From the sequence record OY720021: a stretch of 64,000 nt of DNA. The stretch is one strand, 5' to 3'. This stretch comes from Escherichia phage vB_Eco_Solly. Below the pieces are notes generated by a model. That model was given only the letters and a program-made list of their open reading frames with translations, did no database searches and was not told where the DNA came from. The position numbers and the translations under genes were made by a program. How positions within the stretch are numbered: the first letter of the stretch is position 1; each line of letters starts with the position of its first letter. This document shows positions 20,670 to 30,066 of the stretch, in pieces.

Positions 20670-21764
20670 ATGGCAATTGTTAAAGAAATAACTGCTGATT
20701 TAATTAAAAAGTCCGGTGAGAAAATTTCAGCCGGACAGAGTACTAAATCAGAAGTAGGAACTAAAACATACACAGCCCAGTTTCCAACTGGGCGTGCTAG
20801 TGGTAATGACACTACAGGGGACTTCCAGGTAACAGATCTATATAAGAATGGATTATTATTTACTGCATACAATATGTCATCTAGGGATTCTGGAAGTCTT
20901 AGATCGATGAGATCTAACTACTCTTCTTCATCTTCGAGTATTTTACGTACAGCCAGAAACACTATCAGTAATACAGTATCAAAACTGTCAAATGGATTAA
21001 TATCAGATAATAATTCAGGAACAATAAGTAAAGCCCCTGTTGCAAATATTCTTTTACCAAGATCTAAATCCGATGTTGATACATCATCACATAGATTTAA
21101 TGATGTTCAAGAAAGTCTTATCAGCAGAGGCGGAGGTACTGCTACTGGTGTGCTAAGTAATATTGCTTCAACTGCAGTATTTGGAGCACTGGAAAGTATA
21201 ACACAAGGTATAATGGCTGATAATAATGAACAAATATACACTACGGCTCGAAGTATGTATGGTGGTGCTGAAAATAGAACTAAAGTGTTTACATGGGATT
21301 TGACTCCACGTTCAACAGAAGATTTAATGGCTATTATTAATATCTATCAATATTTTAACTATTTTTCTTATGGTGAAACTGGTAAATCTCAATATGCTGC
21401 TGAAATAAAGGGGTATTTAGATGATTGGTATCGTTCTACGTTAATTGAACCTTTATCTCCGGAAGACGCAGCTAAAAATAAAACACTATTTGAGAAAATG
21501 ACATCGAGTTTAACTAACGTTCTAGTAGTTTCAAACCCGACAATTTGGATGGTGAAAAACTTTGGTGCAACATCTAAGTTTGATGGAAAAACGGAAATAT
21601 TTGGCCCATGCCAAATACAAAGCATCAGATTTGATAAAACACCTAATGGTAACTTTAACGGATTAGCTATTGCTCCAAACCTCCCTAGTACATTTACTCT
21701 TGAGATTACTATGAGAGAAATTATCACGTTAAACCGTGCTTCTTTATATGCGGGGACTTTTTAA
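20670..21764 (+). CDS. 48: baseplate tail tube cap gp48
   Basis: 364 aa; T4 length and order. Confidence 0.93.
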   Translation: MAIVKEITADLIKKSGEKISAGQSTKSEVGTKTYTAQFPTGRASGNDTTGDFQVTDLYKNGLLFTAYNMSSRDSGSLRSMRSNYSSSSSSILRTARNTISNTVSKLSNGLISDNNSGTISKAPVANILLPRSKSDVDTSSHRFNDVQESLISRGGGTATGVLSNIASTAVFGALESITQGIMADNNEQIYTTARSMYGGAENRTKVFTWDLTPRSTEDLMAIINIYQYFNYFSYGETGKSQYAAEIKGYLDDWYRSTLIEPLSPEDAAKNKTLFEKMTSSLTNVLVVSNPTIWMVKNFGATSKFDGKTEIFGPCQIQSIRFDKTPNGNFNGLAIAPNLPSTFTLEITMREIITLNRASLYAGTF

Positions 21765-22729
21765 TGTATTCTTTAGAGGAATTTAATAATCAAGCAATAA
21801 ACGCAGATTTCCAACGTAATAATATGTTTAGCTGCGTTTTTGCGACAACTCCATCAACTAAAAGCTCTTCGTTGATAAGTTCAATTAGCAACTTTTCTTA
21901 TAATAACTTGGGCCTAAATTCAGATTGGTTAGGATTGACTCAAGGTGATATTAATCAGGGAATTACCACGCTAATTACTGCTGGCACACAAAAACTGATA
22001 AGAAAATCAGGGGTTAGTAAATATCTTATTGGTGCCATGAGTCAACGTACAGTTCAAAGTTTATTAGGCTCATTTACAGTTGGTACATATTTAATTGACT
22101 TCTTTAACATGGCATATAACTCATCTGGATTGATGATATACTCTGTAAAAATGCCAGAGAATAGATTATCCTATGAAACTGACTGGAACTATAATTCTCC
22201 TAATATTCGTATAACTGGGAGAGAATTAGACCCTTTGGTTATTTCATTTAGAATGGATTCAGAAGCTTGTAACTATCGTGCAATGCAAGACTGGGTTAAC
22301 TCCGTTCAAGACCCAGTAACTGGACTGCGTGCTTTGCCACAGGATGTCGAGGCAGATATTCAGGTTAATCTTCATTCTCGTAATGGATTGCCTCATACTG
22401 CGGTGATGTTCACTGGATGCATTCCAATATCAGTGAGCGCTCCTGAGTTATCATATGATGGAGATAACCAAATAACTACATTTGACGTTACTTTTGCGTA
22501 TAGAGTGATGCAGGCTGGAGCAGTTGATAGGCAAGCTGCGCTTGAATGGCTTGAATCTGCTGCTATAAATGGTATTCAAAGCGTTCTCGGAAATAGTGGA
22601 GGTGTTACTGGACTATCTAATTCGCTTTCACGACTCAGTAGATTAGGGGGAACTGCAGGAAGCATTTCAAACATTAATACTATGACAGGAATTGTCAATT
22701 CGCAAAGTAAAATATTAGGAGCAATATAA
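21764..22729 (+). CDS. 54: baseplate tail tube initiator gp54
   Basis: 321 aa; gp19-like paralog; terminator hairpin downstream. Confidence 0.93.
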   Translation: MYSLEEFNNQAINADFQRNNMFSCVFATTPSTKSSSLISSISNFSYNNLGLNSDWLGLTQGDINQGITTLITAGTQKLIRKSGVSKYLIGAMSQRTVQSLLGSFTVGTYLIDFFNMAYNSSGLMIYSVKMPENRLSYETDWNYNSPNIRITGRELDPLVISFRMDSEACNYRAMQDWVNSVQDPVTGLRALPQDVEADIQVNLHSRNGLPHTAVMFTGCIPISVSAPELSYDGDNQITTFDVTFAYRVMQAGAVDRQAALEWLESAAINGIQSVLGNSGGVTGLSNSLSRLSRLGGTAGSISNINTMTGIVNSQSKILGAI

Positions 22730-22732
22730 CAA

Positions 22733-22752
22733 TGGGGACCTTTCGGTCCCCA
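22733..22752 (+). terminator. hairpin terminator after gene 54
   Basis: TGGGGACC-TTTC-GGTCCCCA followed by TATTTTTATTT. Confidence 0.75.
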
Positions 22753-22757
22753 TATTT

Positions 22758-23048
22758 TTATTTACGGAATGAAATAAAAGCAGCAACTGAAGCAACTAAA
22801 CTGTCTTCAATATAAACCTCAATTTTTACCGGAGCTTCTGACTCAAATTTACCTGTTACTACACCTTGGAAAATACTTTCAGTCTGTTCTGGCTTTGAAA
22901 AATTTTCAGAAGGAAAAATTCCGAACTTTTTATCTGTTCCAAAAATTTTGATAAATTCATCGTAAACTGCTTCATTAAAAGCATTATCAGCAGGAATAAC
23001 GCCTTCAACTACAAGTTCTTGACCCAAAAAGCGCAAAGAAGATTTCAT
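22758..23048 (-). CDS. hypothetical protein, 96 aa
   Basis: ORF preceded by GAGG Shine-Dalgarno and a GTTTAC-type early promoter (23080-23109). Confidence 0.6.
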   Translation of the reverse strand: MKSSLRFLGQELVVEGVIPADNAFNEAVYDEFIKIFGTDKKFGIFPSENFSKPEQTESIFQGVVTGKFESEAPVKIEVYIEDSLVASVAAFISFRK

Positions 23049-23079
23049 TTTGTGTTCCTCATGTTATGTCAGTAAGACT

Positions 23080-23109
23080 ACTATAACACAACATGAGGGA
23101 CTTGTAAAC
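23080..23109 (-). promoter_or_regulatory. early sigma70 promoter (GTTTAC -35, TATAGT -10) within a duplicated 53-bp module
   Basis: minus-strand GTTTAC...18 nt...TATAGT, then GAGG SD and ATG of the 96-aa ORF. Confidence 0.6.
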
Positions 23110-25166
23110 TACATTTTGAACTTTTTAGACATTCCGTTGATGTTAACCAAAGAAGCTAAGATTTGAGAAACTTCGTTTTCCTCTTCTTTTGATTCTTCTA
23201 CAAGGAATTGATTAAATCCAGTCATTGGACGAACTTCACCAGTTTCCATCAAATGATCGCCATCATATACTGATTCCTCTAATTGTTCAGAAGGAGGAAC
23301 GATTGTACCTTCGATTAGATACTTGTTATAAGCAGTTTCTTTCATAAAGTAAGTACTTACTTTATTAATCTTCAGTAAAATTCCACGTGGTAGAATAACT
23401 TCAGCTTCTGATGGAAATCCTGATAAATGACCTGGAACGATAACTTTGATTCGCTCAGCTCCTTTAATTACCATACCCACGCTAGTTTCAGCATCTTCAT
23501 TAGCATATGTAGAATGACTACCCATATGCATCAAATCTTCTGCATCAATGGAACCTTCTCCTTCACCAGAAAATACTGCGCCAGAATCATCTAGAGCCAT
23601 ATAGTTTTTACCATGCTCACCGAAGATATTTGGTTTAAGCGATGTGGATACGAAGTTCTTGAAATAGAACATTTTATTTTCAATGTTATGACGCAAAGTT
23701 TTAAAGGTAACTTCTTGCCCACGATAAAGAGTAGTTCCTGGAGGAAGAACTGAACCTTTAGCAAATGCAGAATCCAACGTCTCGATGTGTTTAATAGCTC
23801 GTTCCATATATTCTTCACGGGTAGAATCAGGTTTACCTAAAAGGAACGAGTTCATTTCAACATATGAATCTGCACAATAATCTTCAATTACATCAGACTC
23901 AGCCTGAGTTAATCCTTTTGGAGTTACTTCAGTGCTTGCGTATTCATATGCCTGAGCGGCAGATTCATTAATCAATTTATAAATGCCATTCATGACAAAT
24001 TGAATAATAGCTGTCTTTTCATCTGGTGTAGCTTTAGAACCTTTAACTAAATCATTGATAATTTTCTTAATAACATCAAAGCTATTAGAAATATTAATGT
24101 CAGCAAGATCGCTTAAAATTTTATCAGTTTTATAATCAAAGAATTCTTTATTCTTTAAATATTCTTGAGAACCTTGATATGTTATATCGCTCTGCAACTT
24201 GATAGATGGATCACGTAAACGTGCATGGGCTAATGCAATATGATTTCGGAAACTTTCTAGTTCATAATCGTTAGATTTAAAACGAGAAGCACTTCTCATA
24301 CCACCGATAGCTCCTTTGCTAAAGTTTGAACCAATCTGAATAACGCCAGAGTTCATCGGACCTTCTGCTTTATATACCGGAACTTTAGATTCAAACTCTT
24401 GATATTTCTTAGCAGCGAAGCTATCACCCTGAAGTGAAGCATCAACAGTAGAATATTGAGCTTGTGCTGCTAATCGACGACTAATTTTAGTTTTCTGAAT
24501 AACAGCTTGATCCGTGCGCTTATCATTTTCTAAAGCAATAGAAGCAGCAACAGCGACAGCTTTAGGAACAGCATTACCTGTTTTAACGTCTACATAAACA
24601 TCACCAACCTTTGATTCAACTTTTGTGAATAACTCAGTTGAAATAGGAGGTACACCTGGAATGTCTTCTAAATTGGCATTTTTACGGTAAACCATAATAT
24701 ATGCATATTTCTTATCATAGTCCCAGATTTCCTTTAAAAGAACATATCGACCTGCTCCTTTAGTACGTACTAAACGGTCAGCAATAACTTGCATTTGACG
24801 AGCTGCGCCATTTGTTTTACTTTTTAGTACGCGGAATAGGCATGCGTCGATTTTATACTGTTTCATTGTTTGAAGAGCAGTATCAAAAACAGCATTAATG
24901 ACGCCAATTGGATTTCCACCCAAGTTTCTAAGCTTGACTAACGATAATTTCTCATTAACACCTATCATTACGATATGCATCATTTTGTCGCCTGGCTTAA
25001 CGTTTTTATTCGTATCACCGCCAGAGGTGTATGTACAAAATCTAAATCCAGGAAGCACGCTTTCTTCACCGGCTTGAATAGCAAAAATTTGTGGTATTTT
25101 ATGCTTAGGATTTAAGTTAACAACCGGCGCCGAAGCGCCGTCAAATAATTCTGTAATAAGTTCCAT
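23109..25166 (-). CDS. Alt-like ADP-ribosyltransferase paralog (685 aa)
   Basis: N-terminus MELITELFD... shared with the neighbouring Alt; R-S-E type motifs YRGQ, STS, EAEVILPRG in C-terminal domain. Confidence 0.85.
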   Translation of the reverse strand: MELITELFDGASAPVVNLNPKHKIPQIFAIQAGEESVLPGFRFCTYTSGGDTNKNVKPGDKMMHIVMIGVNEKLSLVKLRNLGGNPIGVINAVFDTALQTMKQYKIDACLFRVLKSKTNGAARQMQVIADRLVRTKGAGRYVLLKEIWDYDKKYAYIMVYRKNANLEDIPGVPPISTELFTKVESKVGDVYVDVKTGNAVPKAVAVAASIALENDKRTDQAVIQKTKISRRLAAQAQYSTVDASLQGDSFAAKKYQEFESKVPVYKAEGPMNSGVIQIGSNFSKGAIGGMRSASRFKSNDYELESFRNHIALAHARLRDPSIKLQSDITYQGSQEYLKNKEFFDYKTDKILSDLADINISNSFDVIKKIINDLVKGSKATPDEKTAIIQFVMNGIYKLINESAAQAYEYASTEVTPKGLTQAESDVIEDYCADSYVEMNSFLLGKPDSTREEYMERAIKHIETLDSAFAKGSVLPPGTTLYRGQEVTFKTLRHNIENKMFYFKNFVSTSLKPNIFGEHGKNYMALDDSGAVFSGEGEGSIDAEDLMHMGSHSTYANEDAETSVGMVIKGAERIKVIVPGHLSGFPSEAEVILPRGILLKINKVSTYFMKETAYNKYLIEGTIVPPSEQLEESVYDGDHLMETGEVRPMTGFNQFLVEESKEEENEVSQILASLVNINGMSKKFKM

Positions 25167-25169
25167 GAT

Positions 25170-27266
25170 TTATCCTTGAACGAACTTGTAAGGCATGTTT
25201 GTAATATCTATGCAAGACGCAATAATTCCAAGAGATGATTCTACTTTCTGTTTAACGTTTGATGAAACAAATGATGCAAAGTCAACTCTGTCTTCTATTT
25301 CAATATCACCTGTCATTGCAACCAATTCACCAGTTTCCATTAAATGGTCTCCGTCATAGATTACCGATTCAGTGAGCTCTTCCGTGGTCATAACTTCAGC
25401 TTGAATGAGTTTTGTATTATTAGATGTTGTTCCGTCATTATTAGAAGCATCAGTTATTTTATTAACTTTGACCATCAATCCACGTGGTAGAATAACTTCA
25501 GCTTCTGTTGCTATTCCGAGACTTCCTGGATATACAACATTAACTTTATGAGCTCCATCAATTGCCCATCCTATTTGAACTTTAACGTATTCAGGATTTT
25601 CTTTATACGCTCTTATTTCGTTTGGATTAATAGTTATTCCTTCTTCATTTTTATCAACTGTTAATTCGTTGCGAGCTTCTGGTTCTAAAAGACCAATACC
25701 AGCGTGTGTAATTCCAAAACGTCCAAAAATGATAGGAGTTAAAGAAGTAGATACAAAATTTCTAAAATAGAACACTTTATTTTTAACTAACGCTTCATAT
25801 ATAGGAGCAGTCATACTTTGAGCACGATAAACTGTAATGCCTTCTGGTATACGGTCACCATTTTCAAAAGCTGAATCTAAGTTATTTATAGCAGATTCAA
25901 TTTCTTTTTCACTCATTACATCATATCGTTCTGGATTGTAACGACCTAAAAGAAGATTATTGATGTCAGTATATCCTGAACCGCAATATTCTCTAATGCC
26001 ACGCTTTTGTGATGGAGTATATTTAGAACCATCGCGGGCAATAGTAATATCAATCATTGGACCAGCACCAATTCCAGAAAAACTGTAAATCATTCGTTTG
26101 AGGAATTTAGTTTTTGCTGCGTTCCAGGAATTTTTAGTTATTTCTTCCCAGACTTCATCTGGTTGTCCTTTACGATTTTTATTATGATTAGCAAGCCATT
26201 TATCTTTATAATCTTCAAAGAATTGATTTACAGCTGCTGCGTATTTCTCTAAACATTTTATTGAAGTAGTTGGTTCATTTTTAATTGCATTAAAAATTAC
26301 TTCTTTAATTTTTTCTGAAACTTCACCGACTTGACTCATTGGAAAGAATTTATAATCATAGTGAAGTTCATCTGCCGTTCCTTCAGCAATAATTTTTGCT
26401 GCCTTTGTTTTAGAAGCTAATGAATTAATTCCAATTTTCATTTCTTCTGCTTCGGGAATTAAAGGTGCAGTAGCTGGTTTATTAAAATTAGCTGCTGTAG
26501 ATTCATACTTCTGGAATAATTCACTTTCAAATCTAGAAGATTCCAATGACTGACTTTGTGCAATTGCTCTACGGGAAATTTTAACTTTAACGATTACGGC
26601 TTGGTCAGAACGTTTATCATTTTCTTGTGCAATTGATGCTGCAATTGCCTCATTTTTAGTTACTTGGGCTCCAGTATCTTTATTGATATAAACATCACCG
26701 ACTTTCGATTCAACTTTAGTAAAGAGCTCGGTACTAATTTCCGGAACTCCTGGAATGTCTTCTAGTGATACATTTTTGCGATGTATAAGAATATATGCAT
26801 ACTTTTTATCGTAATCCCAGAGTTCCTTAAGAAGGACGTATCTACCACCTGAACGACTACGGATAAGTCTATCAGCAATAACTTGAATTTGTCGAGCTTG
26901 ACCGGCGGTTTTAGACTTAAGAATACGAAGCATACAAGCATCAATTTTATATTGACGCATTGTTTGCATTGCAACAGTAAAAACTGAATTGATATAATTA
27001 ATTGGGCTTGGACCAAGACCTTTTAATTTAGCAATTGAACCTTTAGCAGTTAATGTAAAAGGAACAATATGCATCATTTTATCGCCCATCTTTAAATCGC
27101 GATTAGTATCACCTCCAGATGTATAGGTACATAAACGAAAGCCTGGTTGTTCAATTGCATCATCAACATGAACTGAAAAAATTTGTGGTATTTTCTTCTT
27201 TGGATTTAAGTTTGTAATCGGAAGAGTAGTATCTTCGTCAAATAATTCTGTAATGAGTTCCATCAT
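25170..27266 (-). CDS. alt: Alt ADP-ribosyltransferase (698 aa), virion-packaged type
   Basis: R-S-E motifs YRAQ, FVSTSL, EAEVILPRG; TATAAATA late box on minus strand at 27287-27294; adjacent to ligase gene as in T4. Confidence 0.85.
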   Translation of the reverse strand: MMELITELFDEDTTLPITNLNPKKKIPQIFSVHVDDAIEQPGFRLCTYTSGGDTNRDLKMGDKMMHIVPFTLTAKGSIAKLKGLGPSPINYINSVFTVAMQTMRQYKIDACMLRILKSKTAGQARQIQVIADRLIRSRSGGRYVLLKELWDYDKKYAYILIHRKNVSLEDIPGVPEISTELFTKVESKVGDVYINKDTGAQVTKNEAIAASIAQENDKRSDQAVIVKVKISRRAIAQSQSLESSRFESELFQKYESTAANFNKPATAPLIPEAEEMKIGINSLASKTKAAKIIAEGTADELHYDYKFFPMSQVGEVSEKIKEVIFNAIKNEPTTSIKCLEKYAAAVNQFFEDYKDKWLANHNKNRKGQPDEVWEEITKNSWNAAKTKFLKRMIYSFSGIGAGPMIDITIARDGSKYTPSQKRGIREYCGSGYTDINNLLLGRYNPERYDVMSEKEIESAINNLDSAFENGDRIPEGITVYRAQSMTAPIYEALVKNKVFYFRNFVSTSLTPIIFGRFGITHAGIGLLEPEARNELTVDKNEEGITINPNEIRAYKENPEYVKVQIGWAIDGAHKVNVVYPGSLGIATEAEVILPRGLMVKVNKITDASNNDGTTSNNTKLIQAEVMTTEELTESVIYDGDHLMETGELVAMTGDIEIEDRVDFASFVSSNVKQKVESSLGIIASCIDITNMPYKFVQG

Positions 27267-27286
27267 ATCCTCTCTAGTGTTTATTC

Positions 27287-27294
27287 TATTTATA
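27287..27294 (-). promoter_or_regulatory. late promoter box TATAAATA on minus strand upstream of alt
   Basis: reverse complement TATTTATA about 20 nt upstream of alt ATG. Confidence 0.6.
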
Positions 27295-27297
27295 AAA

Positions 27298-27319
27298 TTA
27301 AAGGCCCGAAGGCCTTTAA
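27298..27319 (-). terminator. hairpin terminator downstream of the ligase operon
   Basis: TTAAAGGCC-CGAA-GGCCTTTAA perfect 9-bp stem. Confidence 0.7.
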
Positions 27320-27504
27320 TAATCTATTGGTAAGAGAGTACGATATATTTCAAACTTTGGACCTTTTTCATAGGCATCAAATGTTTCTGTGAATTTATTA
27401 TAAGCATATGCATCTATAAATTCAATCATGATTTGTGATACAGAAGTAGAAACATCTCCACCTTCTTTTTGAGCCACGACAATTGTTTCTAAGTAAGCTT
27501 TCAT
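27316..27504 (-). CDS. hypothetical protein, 62 aa
   Basis: ORF overlapping the ligase stop by 4 nt; terminator hairpin immediately downstream. Confidence 0.55.
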   Translation of the reverse strand: MKAYLETIVVAQKEGGDVSTSVSQIMIEFIDAYAYNKFTETFDAYEKGPKFEIYRTLLPIDY

Positions 27505-28964
27505 AAACCAGTTACCTCATGAAAATCGCCAAATACATCTTCGAACGTATTAGCTTTAGTTTTATCTTCACGTAAACGAATCGCAATCGGAAGAAATAAT
27601 TTAACGTAATCAGTGCGGCCATCAGATTTTAACCAACCGTTGCATTCGCACTCTAGAATTTTTCCAATATAATAATTTTGGTTTTCCATAATGCGAGTGC
27701 GGTCAAGTTCATGTGATTTTACGCCGGCTTTATCTTTTAAGCCTGAACCGGCATTTACCTTAATTTTTCCACACTCTGACTCAAGAATAAATCCACCTGC
27801 TTTAGTAGGGTCTTTACGGTGAGGATAAATTCCTACAATTTTTAAATCAACATCAATTACTTCTTTAAATTTATAGAGATTTTTTGAACGAGCATTTTCC
27901 CATAATCCATCGATATTTTTGAGAATAATACCTTCAAGACCTTGGTCAATATACTTTTTATAAATTACCTTAGCTTCATCTAGGTTATTTACTACTTGGT
28001 TTTCAATTAAAATTACTTTATCATATCCTGATGTCATTTGTTCTAATTTAGAAAAACGTACATCATATTTTAAACGAAATGCTGGAAGACCGTATATTTC
28101 TACCAACGGAACATAATCCCAGACCTGAAACTTCATGCATTGTGCTTCTTTTTCAGAAATGGTTCCCTTTAAAGATTTATTGGCGATTCCATTAGAAGCA
28201 GTACGTGATTCAGCTACTTCGGCGAATTCTTTAGCTTTACTAATTTCAGGATAAGCATCAAAAAGAAAATCTAGGCCTTCTGGCTCCTTTTTAACTTGCT
28301 CATGGTATACCAATTCGCCATCAATTAACACACCTTCTGGATGAATCTGGCGGGCTTCAGCAGTCATTTTGATTAACTCTTCCTTAAGAAGATCTAATCC
28401 TAGATATTCATTACCAGCTCGTGATAAAAGACGAACATCATCTAATTCATCACCTCTGACTTCAGCAAAGCACCGAGCTCCATCAGCTTTTAATTGGGCA
28501 AAGGCTGGAAATTTGATATTCTTATTAATGCCTTTTTCATCATAAGAACTTGCCAGCATTTGAGGTTGTTCAGGAATTAAACCTGGCCAAACTTTGTTTG
28601 CAATAGATACTGATGCACCACATTCAAGGTCTCGCATCATCACCCGACGCAAAACTTCAACGTCATCTTTTTTACCGTCAGCAATATATCCAGTTAATTC
28701 CTCAATTGCCGCATTTCCGGTCAATTTCCGAGTAGCTAACGTGAATTCAATGAAGTCAAGCATATCGGTAAGAGTCAACATTCCAAAACTCTGGGTAGCA
28801 ATACCAGGTTTAGGCCATTTCTTGATATAATACTGTAACCCACGAGAATAAGTCAGACGATATACTCGTTTAAGCAATTCATTATCTTTATTCTTTTCAA
28901 GAATTGCTTGCTTCTGCTTAGTTGAACCAATAGATGCTATTTCGTTTAGAATTTTAAGAATCAT
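27501..28964 (-). CDS. 30: ATP-dependent DNA ligase
   Basis: 487 aa; adenylation motif KADGAR; T4 ligase length. Confidence 0.97.
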   Translation of the reverse strand: MILKILNEIASIGSTKQKQAILEKNKDNELLKRVYRLTYSRGLQYYIKKWPKPGIATQSFGMLTLTDMLDFIEFTLATRKLTGNAAIEELTGYIADGKKDDVEVLRRVMMRDLECGASVSIANKVWPGLIPEQPQMLASSYDEKGINKNIKFPAFAQLKADGARCFAEVRGDELDDVRLLSRAGNEYLGLDLLKEELIKMTAEARQIHPEGVLIDGELVYHEQVKKEPEGLDFLFDAYPEISKAKEFAEVAESRTASNGIANKSLKGTISEKEAQCMKFQVWDYVPLVEIYGLPAFRLKYDVRFSKLEQMTSGYDKVILIENQVVNNLDEAKVIYKKYIDQGLEGIILKNIDGLWENARSKNLYKFKEVIDVDLKIVGIYPHRKDPTKAGGFILESECGKIKVNAGSGLKDKAGVKSHELDRTRIMENQNYYIGKILECECNGWLKSDGRTDYVKLFLPIAIRLREDKTKANTFEDVFGDFHEVTGL

Positions 28965-29230
28965 TGTTCATCCTTTAGAGTTTGGTTTACAGCTCTATTA
29001 TAAATCAATTCATCATTAAGCTCAGTCAAAGACCTGTGGTACGTTGTTCTAACTTTATTTCCTTGCATCCAGTGCTTGACGTAAATGAAACCTTGCTCTA
29101 CACATTTTTTAAAAATTCGTTCGTCTTTTTGAGCTCGGAATTCTGGATTGCATCTAAAAAATTGATTTACGTGACCGTAATCACGTGTAGTATTACCTTC
29201 ATTTTCATAAATAGTATGAACGACAAACAT
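28961..29230 (-). CDS. hypothetical protein (T4 30.x region)
   Basis: 89-aa ORF translationally coupled to neighbours. Confidence 0.6.
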   Translation of the reverse strand: MFVVHTIYENEGNTTRDYGHVNQFFRCNPEFRAQKDERIFKKCVEQGFIYVKHWMQGNKVRTTYHRSLTELNDELIYNRAVNQTLKDEQ

Positions 29231-30066
29231 TAGAATGCTCCTTGGAAAATATTATCACCACTAGTAGGTCTATTATACAAATACTCTATGCCACCGGGTT
29301 TAATATAATTCCATGTCTGAAACGGATGTGTATAATATGGATGATATGGATTATAAGGATTAAATCCAGGAGTTCTCCAGGTAGTGTTCCAACGAAAAGA
29401 ATCATTTTTAATCATCTTTTCAATTATATTTTTTATAGCTTTTTCGCTATCAAAACTTTCTTTATTTTCCTTTGGTGAAAAAAGCTTATTTTCTACATCA
29501 TTCCATGTATAAACTCGCTGAGCGGTTTTTGGAATATTGTCACGCTCTCCTCGCGCCATCCAATAAACAGGAACATTTAATATTTCACTCGCATGGTCGC
29601 AGTGGTGAGCGAGATCGTCAATATAACAAATTACGTTATATTTCTCTTTTGCCTTTTTAAATAACTCTTCTTTTGAAGAATCATGACCACACATCATTAC
29701 TTCTGAGAAGGCACCAGGAAAAAGAGCATTCAAATTAAATTGACGATTCAGCAGAGCGTCAATAGAATCACCCAATGCTGTAACAGCTACAAAATTATAA
29801 TCTTCTTTTAGTTTGTTAATTACGCACAGGGCATCTTTATATGGAGACAAGTAACGAATAAAATCTGATCGATTGTATTTTTCAATTAACTTAACGCCAA
29901 GTTCTTCGTCACAATTAAAGAGTTTACCTGGAGAAATAAATTTCTCATCTTGGATCATTTTTAAAATATGTTCTAACGGAAGATTATATTTCTGAGCAAA
30001 ATAAGGAAGACCTGATTGCCAGCTTAAACATACTCCATCAATATCAGTTAAAATAGTAGGCTTCAT
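29230..30066 (-). CDS. HAD-superfamily-like protein (DxDG motif) with aromatic/Pro-rich C-terminal tail
   Basis: 278 aa; N-terminal ILTDIDGV motif typical of haloacid dehalogenase-like phosphatases/nucleotidases. Confidence 0.65.
   Translation of the reverse strand: MKPTILTDIDGVCLSWQSGLPYFAQKYNLPLEHILKMIQDEKFISPGKLFNCDEELGVKLIEKYNRSDFIRYLSPYKDALCVINKLKEDYNFVAVTALGDSIDALLNRQFNLNALFPGAFSEVMMCGHDSSKEELFKKAKEKYNVICYIDDLAHHCDHASEILNVPVYWMARGERDNIPKTAQRVYTWNDVENKLFSPKENKESFDSEKAIKNIIEKMIKNDSFRWNTTWRTPGFNPYNPYHPYYTHPFQTWNYIKPGGIEYLYNRPTSGDNIFQGAF

Noticed and set aside
28594-28830. 78-aa plus-strand ORF inside the DNA ligase gene
   Set aside because: Antisense to a gene with intact ligase motifs; no expression signals.
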